64,000 bases of DNA from Octopus sinensis (lineage: Eukaryota), in NCBI RefSeq assembly GCF_006345805.1, contig NC_043017.1, positions 310,001 through 374,000 on the forward strand. Reading direction: 5' to 3'. Position 1 is the stretch's first letter. Each line of letters begins with the position of its first letter. Below, piece after piece: positions 1 through 12,600 of this stretch. The notes below the pieces were generated by a model. That model was given only the letters and a program-made list of their open reading frames with translations. It did no database searches and had not been told where the DNA came from. The position numbers were made by a program, and so were the translations under genes.

Positions 1-383
1 ATATATATATATATTATTTATATTATTATATGATTGAACGCCACGCATCCATTTCACATAAACATATATATGTGTGTGTGTGTCCTTGTACATTAATGCA
101 TCTATATACTTAAAATACACACACATACAGGCATTACAGATTTTCTCGTTCTGGGTCGCCCCTACCCCAAATAATGATACCCGACATTTCTTCCATGTCT
201 GTTCACTTTTGCTATAATTTCAGGTTTACGTTTTAAAATGGCCACGTGACATTTTGTTTTTTTTAAATTTACCTCCAATTAATTGGTTCTACTTTAACAA
301 TACACAAAATATTTGGATAATTTTTTTTAGACAATTCCTAATAATAATATATAGATATAAAAAAATACTTCTTTTTTGTACTT

Positions 384-726
384 CTCTTTACTTGTTTCCG
401 TCATTTGACTGTGGCCATGCTGGAGCACCGCCTTTAGTCGAGCAAATCGACCTCAGGACTTATTCTATTGGTCTATTTTGCCGAACAGCAAAGTTACGGG
501 GACGCAAACACACCAGCATCGGTTGTCAAGCGATGTTGGGGGGGGGGGGCAAACACAGACATATATATACATACACATATATATATGACGGACTTCTTTT
601 ATTTTCCGTCTACCAAATCTACTCACAAGGCTTTGGTCGGCCTTAGGCTATAGCAGAAAACACTTGCTCAAGGTGCCACGCAGTGGGACTGAACCCAGAA
701 CCATGTGGCTGGTAAGCAAGCTACTT
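384..726 (-). mobile_element. tRNA-derived SINE family A, lacking the first ~25 nt of its head
   Basis: Reverse strand reads TAGCTTGCTTACCAGCCACATGGTTCTGGGTTCAGTCCC (B-box), body, then tail GGCGGTGCTCCAGCATGGCCACAGTCAAATGACGGAAAC. Same family recurs at 6155, 13963, 23352, 26657 and 28235. Confidence 0.85.
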
Positions 727-957
727 TATTTCATATAATTTGCCATTTAGGCATTTACAAAGAGGGGACAAACAAGGACAGACAAATATAAAGGGTGAAG
801 TAGCTTAACACAGTTAAAATTTTCCAATGAAATTACGGATAACATTATAAACAATGAGTTTTACGAAGACAATGTTTAAAAATATTATTAATGATCATGT
901 CGAAGGACGGACACCCAGCCATCCGGGTAGAACCTTTACTTTTTGATCCGGTCACAC

Positions 958-3900
958 TTACCTAGTGCCAAACATACCCAACTTGCATGCCACAGGCTTC
1001 CATCTTTTCACAAACATATCTCGTGACAGACACCTCTTCTCCAGCCTGATTTTGCTACTGAGGTGGTAACTAAAAAAGTTAATCAACCCTGGCCGGAGAC
1101 AAAGGTGCCTGTCACTATACCTTTCGTACGCGTCTTCCATACTGTTTCTTTCAGTATGGCTACTACACAGAAAAAACAAGCCTTTCTTTCCCTGTTAAGG
1201 AAAGGAAGCGGCACAATCTCGATGATAGACTCAGCTGATAGCTGTACTCTTCCCATCACTGACAACAGTTGTTCGGCAAAATCTATCAGTCCCGATAACT
1301 CCGGACACTCCACGCATGCGTGCAAGACGGTCTCCCTATCCTGCTCACATCGCGGGCATGTCGGCGAGACGGCACTTCCGTGCCTTGTCAGCATTTCGCG
1401 AACAGGTAAAGCCGCACGGAAACACTGCCAGGCCAGGGATTTCTGGTAATTATCCAGATACCCCGGCCTGAACGTCCTCCGGAACAGGTTGACCAACTGA
1501 TTTTCATCGTAGCCCAGGGTCTCCCCCAAGGCGTCTTCGGACTTAACCTCCACTAACCCGCTATAGAAATCCGTGGTGGAACTCCTGTTGCCGGCGTTGC
1601 CCGCCCGAGAGAGCAGCTGGAGCGCCTGACGGCACTCCAAATGCCATTCACTCAGTTTAGGTCTCCGCTTGATCCATGCATCGATGTCCGTTAGGGATGT
1701 TAACTGGGGAAGGTAGAACCGGACGTGCGGTGACCACACCTGCTCTCCATCCAGGTAAAGCCAGAGGTGCCTCAACCTTAACGCGAGTTTTCGCATCCTC
1801 AGCCAAGGCATCACTAGCCCACCCTTTAGCGGTTTCTGGCAGCAGACAGAGCGCTTTACAAGTGTCTTTCCTCCTTTCCACAAAAATCGGAAAAGGATTC
1901 TCTCCAACTTGTTCAGCCACAAATCGGGGCAAGGCACCACGGTCAGACGGTAGGTGATTACTGATGCTATAAACATCTGCACCACCTCCGCCTTCCCTAG
2001 CAGGGATAACGCCCGCCCAGACCAAGTCTGGGTTAGAGCGGTCACCTTGTTGGCCACCTCACTCCAATTTTTCTCAATCTGGAGGTCTGGCCCGAACCAG
2101 ACTCCGAGCAGCTTAACAGGACCTTCCGTCCAACGCCCTACGACGTTATTGGATGGCATCGGCTTGCCCCTCCAGGTGCCGAGTTGCAAACTGACCGACT
2201 TGTCCTTGTTAACCTTTGCTCCTGCCACCGCCTCGTAGCTTTTGATGGCCTCTTCCACCACTGGAAGCTGGCCTTCGTCTGCCACAATGATGGAGGTGTC
2301 ATTCGCATACGCCGTAGCTCCTCTTCCACACCATAGATCATGCGGCGCGCCCCTAGTGCCTCCAACTTCCGCAGCAAAGGCTCAAGAGCCAATACGTATA
2401 GGAGCGAGGACAGGGGACACCTTTGACGAACTGAACGCTCGATCCTGAACGGCTTCGAAAAGAAACCGTTCACCTTGACTACAGACTCGATGTCGCTATA
2501 CAAAGCAGCGATCCAACCTCGAAAGGTCGGGCCTAGGCCAGCCTCTCCGAGGACCGCCGCCAAGTACCGATGGTCGACCCTATCAAATGCTTTGGACTGG
2601 TCTAAATGTACCAGTGCTCCCCCTGCGCCAGAAAGCTTCCCCATCCTCTCTAAGGAGTAGCGTATAAGGTGGAGATTGTCGTGGATCGTTCTGCCAGGGA
2701 TAGCGCACGTTTGCGCTTCCCCGACAAGTTTGTCCACGACCCGCGCCAACCTTTTTGCTAGCACCTTGGCCAGAATCTTTAACTCTGTGTTCAACAGAGT
2801 TATGGGCCTGAAGTTCCCTATCTCGTCCCCCTTGCTCGGGTCCTTCCTGATCAACGTCACCACCCCCCGGCTCGCAGACTTGGGAATTCTCCCATTCTGC
2901 CGCGAGTTGGCGTAGACGCTAGCCAGCAGGTGCCCGAACAAGTCTGGCATACTTTTATAAAATGCATAGGGCAGACCATCGAGACCCGGCGACTTCTCCC
3001 CGGGGCACTTGCCCAACACCTCGATTACTTCCTCGGCTGTGCTTGGCCCTTCACAGCACTCAGCCTCTCGTGTCGAGAGGCGCGGGCCACCAGACAGGAA
3101 GTCCCTAAGGGCCTCATCATGATCCAGCGTCCCGCACCTCCCGAACAACTCGGCGAAGTGCTTGTGAAGTGCCTCACACATCTCGTCCCGCTTCTTGATC
3201 GTGCATCCGTCTTCATCAACAAGAGACCCAATTGTGGCATCGTTGCCACGCTGTGTTTCTATCGTACGGGCCCATCCGGCAACATTAATTCCCTCTCGAC
3301 CCAATGCTCGTACTTTAGCCCGAACTCTACATCCCTCATGTTTGGTTTTGAGGTGACGGTCTAATGCCGTTCTCGCCGCTAAAATGTGAAATGCAGAGCC
3401 CAACCTCAACGCCTCCTCTAAGTTCTTAACAAGTTGCCCTTCTATTCTAGCCCTATCTAGTCTTAGTTGTTTACTAAATCTAATGGACTCGAATCGAATG
3501 GCTCTTTTAGGGCGAACCACCACCGGTTATTAACCACGGCTCCGGTTAACGCCCTCTGCACTAACTCCTTAATCCGGCAACGGTATGCCTCGCGAGTCAA
3601 AATAGACTTGTTCAGCTTCCAGTAGCCGGTTCCTATCTTAAGTGTGCTATCTATGTCCAGTCTACACTTGACCATTCTATGGTCAGTATAGGGCACCTGG
3701 ACGAGCTGTGGACAACTAAAACTAGACTTATCTCTAGTTCTTATCACTATCCTGTCTAGATAAGACTTGAACCTTCCGTCGCCACTCATCCAGGTCCACT
3801 CTGGGACGTTCGGATGGTCAAGTCTGTAACGATCTGCCAGCTGAAACCGCTTAAGCAGATCCACGAGACGTGAGTTCACTTTCCTATAGATCGAGCCAAC

Positions 3901-4355
3901 GCTATCGATGTGTACGTCCACGATAGCATTAAAGTCCCCTAATATCACTAAAGTCTTCGACGTCACGAGAAAGCCCTCTAGGCGCCGATAAAAATCAGTT
4001 TGGAAACTCTAGCACAAGGTGCATAGAGTCCGATCAACCTGAAGGCCTTACTGCTGTATGTCACATCAAGGACGACCAGCCCACCTTCTGGGTCTACATA
4101 GACTGTGCTTGTCTGCAGAGCCAAGTCTTTACGGATCAGTACCACTACACCCCCTCGCCCTCCGGTCTGGCCAGGAGACATGATTTTCTCGTAGCCATTC
4201 AGGAGAGGCGAGAAGGTTTGTAGGCTGTCCAGCTTGGTCTCTGTAGCAACCATCACATGTATATCATGTGATCTGAGGTCGTCGAGGAAACAAGCCTGCT
4301 TCCACTTCGAACTCAGACCACGCACATTTAAACAACCAAAGTTAAGAGAAGCCAT
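958..4355 (-). pseudogene. Tx1 element 1 ORF2 (APE endonuclease + RT + zinc finger), split by stops and frameshifts
   Basis: Pieces 3978-4355 (GCLNVRGL, ETK), 3463-3966 (GDFN, SYLDRI, TDH), 2138-3523 (KSPGLDG, NFRPITLLN, DQSKAFDRV), 1083-2285 and 958-1179 (CPRC...ETVLHAC). Confidence 0.9.
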
Positions 4356-4632
4356 TACAAAAAGTAAAAGTTCTACTTACATTTCGTTGGAGAGGTTGGG
4401 GCCGACCTCACCACACATTTGTGGGCCCCTTATTTCTCCTCCTTCTTCAGATAGTCCGGCAAGTTCGCGATATGCCGGATGGCGTTTGGTTGTCTGTCTT
4501 TTAATTGTTTGAACGTTGTTTCCGCAATCCACGCACATCTCTCGTTTCGATCTTTGTATTTGTTGTACAGTCTTGCTGTGTGATGCGGAACCACAATATC
4601 GTTTATATATTTGTTTTGTGTGTCATATTCAA

Positions 4633-5808
4633 TTAATATGAGTTCATTTTTTTTGTCTTCTTTTTCTGGGCCAGTTGAGCGGGATTTTTTTTTCGTGTCT
4701 GTGGTGTGTCTTTGTTTTTATTATTTTTTGTAGAGGATGTGGACGGGGATGATGCACGAATTCTTTTACGAACTGTTGTAAATCCCCCCTCTGATACCTC
4801 CATGGTATCGTCTGGGGTAGCAATAGTTTGTTCAGTAGGCGCCGCAGTTTTTAAGGGGGTGGGAGGTTTTAATAATGTAGGGGTTTGTGAGTGCGAGGGC
4901 TGGGTTTTTTCTTCAGTTTGTTTTGGGGTTGGCATCGTAACAGCAGGAGTGGGACTTTTTGTTTTTGTAGGGGTAGGTGAGTTTGCAAGGGTAGGGATTT
5001 TTTTATTATCTGAGGGGCCTGGTGTCTGCGGTTTCTTTTGTTTGTCTGGACAGTCTACACGAACGTGGCCCTTTTTGCTGCAGGCGTAACAGGTGGGTTT
5101 TCGGCCTTCGACCTGTACCCTGAGGGCCACGTTCTCGCCCACGAGCACCCTCTCAGGAAGGAGCTGCAGGTCCTCCGGTGTTCCTTGAATTATTATATTA
5201 ATGTCTCGCCCAAGCCAATATAGAGGGGCAGAGCATGTTACCTGTAGTATTTTAATTTTGTCCATCCTTTTATATAACAGGGCGGCCACTACCTCTACCG
5301 GATCTACTTCCGGCGGGGCTTCTGCAATCCTGACCCGGGACGTCCTGTGTCCCCTATAGCTTGGGAAAAGTACCACCTCCTTGGTTTTTAGGGGATTCAC
5401 AGAATGCCCGCGGGCCACCTCCTCCCCCGAGAAGCGGACATCCACAGTGCCATATGCCCGTCCCCTGGCGACGTACACAATGTCCTTCCAAATCGGGGAC
5501 AGGCATTTCTCGATAGTATTTTTTTCAAAGTGTTTGAACCTTCTGCTTTGTGGACAGAAGGTTTTAAACACTACGGTCCGCTTCTCGGTCTCCACGATAC
5601 TGGCGGAGGGTGATATTTTAACATCACCACCCTCCCCTTTCATTCTTTTAAATAGCTCGACGAGCTGATTGACATTGATGTCAATGTTCTCGGTAGCCAC
5701 TGCGGCTACCGCAGAAATTTTTTTACTACAGTTAACATTGCTCTCCTCAAGAGCACTATTTTCGTGAATAATCTCAACAGACATTATTCTGTTGAAATTA
5801 GACAACAC
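4633..5808 (-). CDS. Tx1 element 1 ORF1p (391 aa, gag-like CCHC zinc knuckle, Pro/Thr/Lys-rich tail)
   Basis: CYACSKKGHVRVDC motif in an open 391-aa frame directly upstream of ORF2. Confidence 0.8.
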   Translation of the reverse strand: MLSNFNRIMSVEIIHENSALEESNVNCSKKISAVAAVATENIDINVNQLVELFKRMKGEGGDVKISPSASIVETEKRTVVFKTFCPQSRRFKHFEKNTIEKCLSPIWKDIVYVARGRAYGTVDVRFSGEEVARGHSVNPLKTKEVVLFPSYRGHRTSRVRIAEAPPEVDPVEVVAALLYKRMDKIKILQVTCSAPLYWLGRDINIIIQGTPEDLQLLPERVLVGENVALRVQVEGRKPTCYACSKKGHVRVDCPDKQKKPQTPGPSDNKKIPTLANSPTPTKTKSPTPAVTMPTPKQTEEKTQPSHSQTPTLLKPPTPLKTAAPTEQTIATPDDTMEVSEGGFTTVRKRIRASSPSTSSTKNNKNKDTPQTRKKNPAQLAQKKKTKKMNSY

Positions 5809-6154
5809 AAAAATTACGAATATTGGTTTCCCACAAAACTGGGAAACCTATAGAAAGTTTTTCTTCCAAAGCAGTTCAATGAGTGGTAAAAAGCAGTTCA
5901 AAAATTTCAATTCCCACCCCCATTCGGGGGAGGGGCACGAAAATAGTCTGGCAAGACTATATACAGTCACGTAGATAAAAAAGCCACAATGGCTAACAGT
6001 TCAACAGTAACAAATTATCCAATTATTCCCCGGTAAAACCGGAGAACAAGACAGTTCAACAACGTTCAAAAACAAATTTTCAGTAGTAAAATTCAACAAT
6101 TTCCAGATGGTACGAAGTAATATTAACAACACAGCAAAACTCTTACCGGGAAGA

Positions 6155-6318
6155 AATACGACGGGCTTCTTTCAGTTTCCGGCTACCAAATCCACTCACA
6201 AGACTTTGGTGGGCCCGAGGATATAGTAGAAGACACTTGCCCAAGGTGCCATGCAGTGGGAGTGAACCCGGAACCATGTGGTTGGTAAGCAAGCTACTTA
6301 CCACATAGCCACTCCTGT
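6155..6318 (-). mobile_element. SINE family A head abutting the 5' end of Tx1 element 1
   Basis: GGAGTGGCTATGTGGTAAG (A-box-like) ... GGTTCACTCCC (B-box-like) on the reverse strand. Confidence 0.85.
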
Positions 6319-6409
6319 ATAATTTTAAAAATTATTTTTATAATTTGTGTATATTTATTTTATTATAAATGCAAAACAACAGCGCGGAGGAATCGACGTA
6401 AGCTTAGGT

Positions 6410-6438
6410 GAACCGCGATGTGGCGAGGGATTACTGTA
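6410..6438. mobile_element. pogo/Tigger-like terminal inverted repeat remnant
   Basis: CGAGGGATTACTGTA is the reverse of a CAGTAATCCCTCG-type end with TA. A similar degenerate end lies near 26335-26350. Confidence 0.4.
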
Positions 6439-7109
6439 CTTGGCTTTCCTGGCGTATCAGTGACCGAGACCACATTTCCATTGGACAAGACAACGGTCCG
6501 TCGCATAATTCAAGATTAGCTATTTTGGTGAAGGGGCCACGTCAATTACATTGATCCCCAACTAGGGACGTGAAGACCTGGAAGAATTGCTGCTGAGCAT
6601 TTTTATCCGATATGCTAACGATAAAAACCTGAAAGAAGCACTTGGCTTGCAGACCTATGAAGAAATTCGCCATTCGATATCCACATGTAGCTCACACATC
6701 TTAAAGCTGTTATCACCAATAGGTATTATCAACAAAATTTACTTTCATGCAGTTTGTTTCCGTATATTGTTCATGCTTAAACACTAAATTTCATTACATC
6801 GTGAGAATTTAGAAACTTTTAGAGAGCGTGAAATAATTCGTTTTTATCGCTGGAGATAAAGCTATAGATAATAAGCGTGTAGCTATTGCTTCGGAATTTT
6901 GGCACTGTTAGTGCGTGATATCAACAGTTATTTTTTTTTAAGAAAATAAATGAGATTTTGGGTCTCCTCTCCGCCGTTTGGCACATCCATCCATGCACCC
7001 CTTGCCCTCCATTTAAGTATTAAACCTGCCTTATTACACATATTAAACCGGCCTTATTTTACATATTAAACCTGTCTTATTTCATACATTTTTCAAGGCT
7101 CCTGTGTGC

Positions 7110-7540
7110 AAATCCTACACAATCCCATTGTGCGTCTAAATTATAATTCCAATACCTGACCAGTACTAAAGAACAGGTTGTTCCTGGATTGTCAAAGTTT
7201 CCAAGCGACTAAAATAGTCTGGCCATCCTATTCTAGTGAGTGCATAGATGGCCATTAGTCTGAAGACACTACCTTTACTATCATTCACATCTAATACTAC
7301 AGATTTACTGCTCAGGTCCAGGAAAACTGTATCTCTAAATCCGATTCCTTTTAGAAAAGCACTACCACTTAGGAGCTGGATTCCATCAGCTCACAAACCA
7401 AAAAAGCCTTGTAGCCGTCAAATATGAGGCTGAGTGCATGCGTTTCAGAAATTCTGGTTTCAGTGATGGCTACCACGTCTAAGTTCAGTGATCTGAAATC
7501 GTTGAGCAAATGGCCTGACACTGTGTTTGTTGGAGAAAAC
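7110..7540 (-). pseudogene. Degenerate Tx1 APE endonuclease fragment
   Basis: LLNDFRSLNLDVVAITETRIS aligns by eye to LLNDIKSLDVDIVAISETRLS of element 2; a downstream AIYA...PDYFSRLE segment also matches. Confidence 0.7.
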
Positions 7541-7819
7541 ACAGGGAGAACCACTCAGCTTCATCATTGAAAAGGGTAGGTGGCCTGTGCCATTTATGAA
7601 GAAATGTTTCTTAAAAGGCCATTGCAATACTATCTTGTTACAGTTTTTCGAAAAATTCCGCCACCTTCTGTGAAATTGTCCAAGAGTGTATTATAAATGT
7701 GTATTGAAATTTTTATTGATAATCTGTCTTTTGGTATCTTGGGGAGAGGAATTACTGAAATTCTTCTTCTTCTGTTATTTCCTTCTTATAATGTTTAATG
7801 TGGTCCTTCTACCCACCAC

Positions 7820-7938
7820 TACCACCACCACCACATTGCAGTCATTATACGACCAACACTAACATCTTGCAGGCAATCACCACCACCACCACTACTACCA
7901 CCACCACCAACAACAACAACGACAACAACAGCACTTCA

Positions 7939-7994
<56 letters not shown>

Positions 7995-8215
7995 ACTGCT
8001 GCTGCTAGTATTACTGCTACTACTATTAGTATTACTACTTACTACTGGTCACCACCACCACCACCCCAACCATTAACACCAACACCAGCACCACCTACAC
8101 TACCACCAATACCAGTACAATTACATCGATGGACACCGGAGAATGTCACAGTTTCACCGCCAAACTCCCGGAGGTGTAATTATAGTTTAGAGAAAGTGAG
8201 GTGGGGGGGTAGATT

Positions 8216-8249
<34 letters not shown>

Positions 8250-8930
8250 AGGAGAAAGGGTGGAAGAGCGTGTGAGAGTGAGTGGCGAAGATAAAAGACT
8301 GAAAAAGGGAAAAGAGAGAGGTATAGAGGAAAAGAGAAAGTGAAATGGTGGGGAAAGGTATAAGAAGAGTGAATGATAATGTGATAAGGAAGATATAGAG
8401 AGGGGGAGAGAGAGAATGAAAGAGAGTGAGAAAGAAAAAAAACGAGAGAGACAGAGAAAGGGGGAGAGAGATAGAGAAAGGGGGTGAGAGTGAGATAGAG
8501 AATGAAAGAGAGTGAGAAAGACAAAAACGAGAGACAGAGAAAGAGGGAGAGAGATAGAGAAAGGGGGTGAGAGTGAGAAAGAATGACAGAGAAAGAGAGA
8601 GAGAATGAAAGTAGTGTAAGAGAGGATGAGAAAGAGTGAGCGAGTAAGAATGAGAGAGAGAGAAAAAGACAGAAAAAGAGAGGAGGGAGAGAGAGAGAAA
8701 GAGAGAGAGAGAAAGGGAGTGAGGGTGAGAAGGACAAAGAGTGACAGAGAAAGAGAATGAAAGTAGTGCAAGAGAGAGTGAAATAGAGTAAGAGTGAGAG
8801 AAAGAGAGAGGAAGAGAGAGAGGGGGAGAGAGAGGGAGAGAGAGATGGAGAGAGAGAGTGAGAGAGAGAGAGAGGGAGAGAGAGAGGGAGAGAGAGAGGG
8901 AGAGAGAGAGGGAGAGAGAGGGAGGGAGAG
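7820..8930. repeat. Compound microsatellites (CAC/TAC)n followed by a ~730 bp GA-rich tract
   Basis: Directly visible; the overlapping ORFs are translations of the repeats. Confidence 0.95.
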
Positions 8931-9665
8931 ATGTATGTCTCGCGTGTGTGAAATTCTAATAATCCTTATAAGTAATGCTTTTCGCCATAGAAACCAAGGA
9001 TGGAATTTTGGCGGAGAGAACGAACGAAGTGAACGGAATCGACCCCAGAACCCAACTGGGAGTTCATTCCATCGATCCCCGAAAACACGAAAGGCAAAAA
9101 TCATGATTTCAAGTTTTGGTTCAGGCAGCAAGTTTTGGAGAGGCGGGTGAAGTGGATTACACTGAACCAAGGACGTGCTTGGTACTTTGTTGTCACTGAC
9201 AATACACACACACACATAATATGGGCGGCTTATTAGCAATTTAACTGCCTAAAAGGAAATTTATAGACGTCAGTAAAGCGACAGGGGGTACTGATACCGG
9301 CATTGCTAGAAATAAGAGTCAAACCGACTTACTAGCCACGAGAACACTATCCTAATGACGACAAGGAAGATAAGCTCTCTTTGAGGACATAGCCAGATCA
9401 CCGGCGATTTCGAATTTTGATGTTGAGCATCTTAATATTTATCGGTGGCTCTTACTGCGCCTAGGGTTAAACTCAACTCACCTTGTCAGCCTATAACAAA
9501 ACCGTTGAACTCAGACGCTGATTTCAAAAGCGGTTAAAGTGAAAACTATAAATAAAACGGGTGGCTTATAAGCAATTTAACAAATACGTATGTATATATA
9601 TGCATGTGTGTGCATGTATATATATGCATGTGTATATATATACACACATACATAATTAGAATTAT

Positions 9666-9696
<31 letters not shown>

Positions 9697-9700
<4 letters not shown>

Positions 9701-9960
9701 TAGCTTACGGTGACCCGCTCTACACGCGGGTAAGAATGTGGTTGTTACTTTCTGTTGCTTCCTTTCTATTTTTTATCACCACATTCCCCCTCTTTGTTTC
9801 TCTCTCCTTTCTCTCTCACTTTCCCACTCTCTTACTCTTCCTTTCTCTCGGACTCTTCCTCACTTTCTCTTACTCTCTATCTTTCTCTATCTATCTCAGT
9901 CCCATTTATAAACAACAAAAGATCTTGAGTAAGTTGAGAAACAAAATATTTTGAAAGATC
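9697..9960 (+). mobile_element. Possible Helitron/Helentron-derived non-autonomous element 5' part
   Basis: TACTAGC start with a short GACCCG..CGCGGGT hairpin after a TA tract, followed by CT-rich sequence. Similar-type ends at 30890-31140 and 32480-32700. Confidence 0.35.
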
Positions 9961-10584
9961 AATCATAAATATCAAGCAGTGACAACAGAAAGGTCTGCTT
10001 CAAGGCAGACAGCAAAACACTTACATTTAAAAGGAACAGACGAACTTGCGAGCTGAATATAAAAAAAGAAAAATAGGACACCAAAGTTTAAAGGGATAGA
10101 ATCTAAGGATAGTAGGCTCACCATGGCTGGCATTTCTTAATGACAGACAGCAACGTAGTGGCAGTTTAACGTCTGGCGTAAAATTTTGAACTTCATGTTA
10201 AAGAAAATTCCTAAACACCAAGTTTTGAAGTAATTCTTTCTCACGACAGTAGACTCACCATGGCAAGCATTCAAAACTTCTTCATCATGGACGGCAACAC
10301 ATTGACGATTTAAAGGCTGGCGCAAATTTTTTAGCTTGCTGTAACAGAGAATTCCTAAACACCCACTCCTGTAAATTTTAATCCCCTTCCAGCCCCATTT
10401 AGACCTCTTTTCACATTTTGGTTAATATAACTCGATTTCATTTGGGTCTACTCGAGCCACATTTTATAAGATGAGGAATTTTGTCCTAGAGGTCATTTGA
10501 GGAAAAAAATAGTTGCCATGCAAATTCGCCAGCACTTTTAACATAGGTGTGCATATTTTCAGCTCAACTGACCACACAATGCAC

Positions 10585-10588
10585 ACAT

Positions 10589-10621
<33 letters not shown>

Positions 10622-10683
10622 ATATATATATATATATATATTAATATATATATATTATAATATATATTATATATATAAGATAT

Positions 10684-10739
<56 letters not shown>

Positions 10740-11060
10740 ATATATTATATAATATATATATTGTATATATATATAAAGGATTAAATATATATATATATAT
10801 ATATACAATTATATATATATATATATATATATATATTAATACATATATATATATATATTGTATATATATATAAAGGATTAAATATATATATGTACATATA
10901 TGTGTGTGTGTGTATGCATTATATATACAAATGTATACAAATTACATATATATATATATATATAGATATATATATATATATTAATAATCCGACATATACA
11001 CTTTGTATATATACTTATATAATACATATTTATATATAGAACACACACACATATATAAAT
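10585..11060. repeat. Long imperfect (TA)n block
   Basis: Directly visible. Confidence 0.95.
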
Positions 11061-11515
11061 TAACTCAATAATTATCGCCACCACCACCACCACCACCACC
11101 ACCACCACACAATCATGAGAACAAATATTTGTTCTCATGATTGTGTGGTGGTGGTGGCGATAATTAGAGTGACAGCGCTGGCGAAGGTGGCGGGGGAAAG
11201 ATGGTTGATCTGTCACACGTCGTTATAGAGAGAACGTGAAGGGAAAGGAGGAAAGAGAGAGACGGAGGAAGACAGGCAGATAAGAGAATGAGAGTAACGA
11301 AAAAAGACTTGTCAAAGTGTGGGTTTTTTTTGCCCTAGTAACCGCAACTTTTGAGATAACCTAGCCCACTCATATCCTCACCTCATTTTACATGTCCCTG
11401 TAAATTTTGGAGCGAATCTGACGGGATCTAATGCCCTTTAACCCGTTCCAATGCCAACCCAGACAAACAAACAACTTTCTCATTTCAGATTATAAATATT
11501 GATATATATATATTA

Positions 11516-11552
<37 letters not shown>

Positions 11553-11657
11553 ATGAGAGGAAAATAGATGCAGTAACAAGGTGAAACTCGTGGTTTTCGC
11601 TGGTATGCCTTTAATTTAATTAGGTAACAAAGAAGGAGGAAGCAGAGTTGAAAGTAG

Positions 11658-11706
11658 CATTTAAGATCGTTTCAATTTACTGGTTTAAGTAAATCTCTTC
11701 AGAATG
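11658..11706 (-). ncRNA. Type I hammerhead ribozyme motif (one stem III mismatch) 3' of a Penelope fragment
   Basis: catt-CUGAAGA-G-auuuacu...aguaaau-U-GAAAC-GAUC-UUA|aaug. Confidence 0.65.
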
Positions 11707-11779
11707 TGAATATAGATCGATGCATCGATTTGGATGCGAAAATAATTGATACACATGTGATGGTAATATAAACAAAGGT

Positions 11780-12600
11780 AGTAAGTCTTACATGAAATTT
11801 TGTCCTTGTGCTGGTAAAATCGCTGGGTAGAGGTTTGCTTGTGGTAAGACTGGTAAGTTTCGTTGGATTATTAGGGCGGGATGAGTATTATTTAGGTGTT
11901 GGGTTCCTAGTTTGATTAAGCACATTTTGTTCGCACGTGTGCATTCAATTTGTTTATATTGGTAAACGTCACATTGGTAAACGTTATTTGCCTTGCATCT
12001 ACTTGAGAAATGGCACGTTGTTCTATCCCTACAGCCGCATAAATAATTAGATATATTTTCGTCCGTATTGTATTGTGGGGGCCAATTATTATTCAGGTCT
12101 GTACCTAAGTTAGCAGGAGGCACTGCGTTAGTGGGGGAGCTAAGTTCTATTGGTTGGTTAGTCATTACTTTTATTGTTCTAGTTTCATAGAATTTGTCGA
12201 GTTTTTTAATTATTCATTGAGGCTATTATTGTGGCTAAGTTATTAGTCAGACTGTGGCCTATTCTGATTTTATTCCTAATTAAATCTGCATATTAATTAT
12301 TAACGTTTAGGTGTTTGTCTATGATTTTCATTAATGAGTGAACTATATTTGATTTGAGGTGCATGGTGTACAAGCCAGGTATTATCGCTATTTTGTTTAT
12401 TTTTTGTGTTGCTTTTCCTAGTATAGAAGCTTCCCTCCTTGTTTGTAATTTGTGTGAAGTTATGGTTGTATGTATCTTGGTTATATCCATAGTTATGTTT
12501 CACTTTCGTGTTGCTTTTGTCTGTCCTATTCGTGTTATTATCGTAGGGTTCATGTGGGTTCAAGGGCCTAGTTTTTTGCTATTAATAGGGTTCGTATTAG
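11780..12600 (-). pseudogene. Degenerate Penelope-like element C-terminal region (GIY-YIG-adjacent Cys motif)
   Basis: CGCRDRTTCHFSSRCKANNVYQCDV resembles the PLE CxC...C...C...VY motif, and a hammerhead lies immediately downstream. Confidence 0.55.

Larger units (their letters stand above)
727..6140 (-). mobile_element. Tx1-clade (L1 group) non-LTR retrotransposon, near full length, decayed (element 1)
   Basis: ORF1 with CCHC knuckle, ORF2 with APE, RT and C-terminal Cys motif, 3' UTR ending in AATAAAG at ~727-733. The 5' boundary is approximate. Confidence 0.9.

Noticed and set aside
1063-3364. Plus-strand ORFs overlapping Tx1 ORF2
   Set aside because: Antisense shadow frames of GC-rich coding sequence with no recognisable motifs; likewise in element 2 and the CR1-group LINE.
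6100-6160. snRNA or 5S target sequence at Tx1 junctions (Keno/Mutsu-type)
   Set aside because: No U2, U5 or 5S-like sequence is recognisable at any Tx1 junction.
8180-9239. 185-350 aa Leu/Ser-rich ORFs
   Set aside because: They are translations of the GA-rich tract. The same applies to the YI-repeat ORFs at 23891-24169 and 43990-44956.
9224-9581. 23-bp direct repeats around a 336-bp segment
   Set aside because: Could be an LTR-like or TSD remnant, but no PBS, ribozyme core or ORF supports a call.
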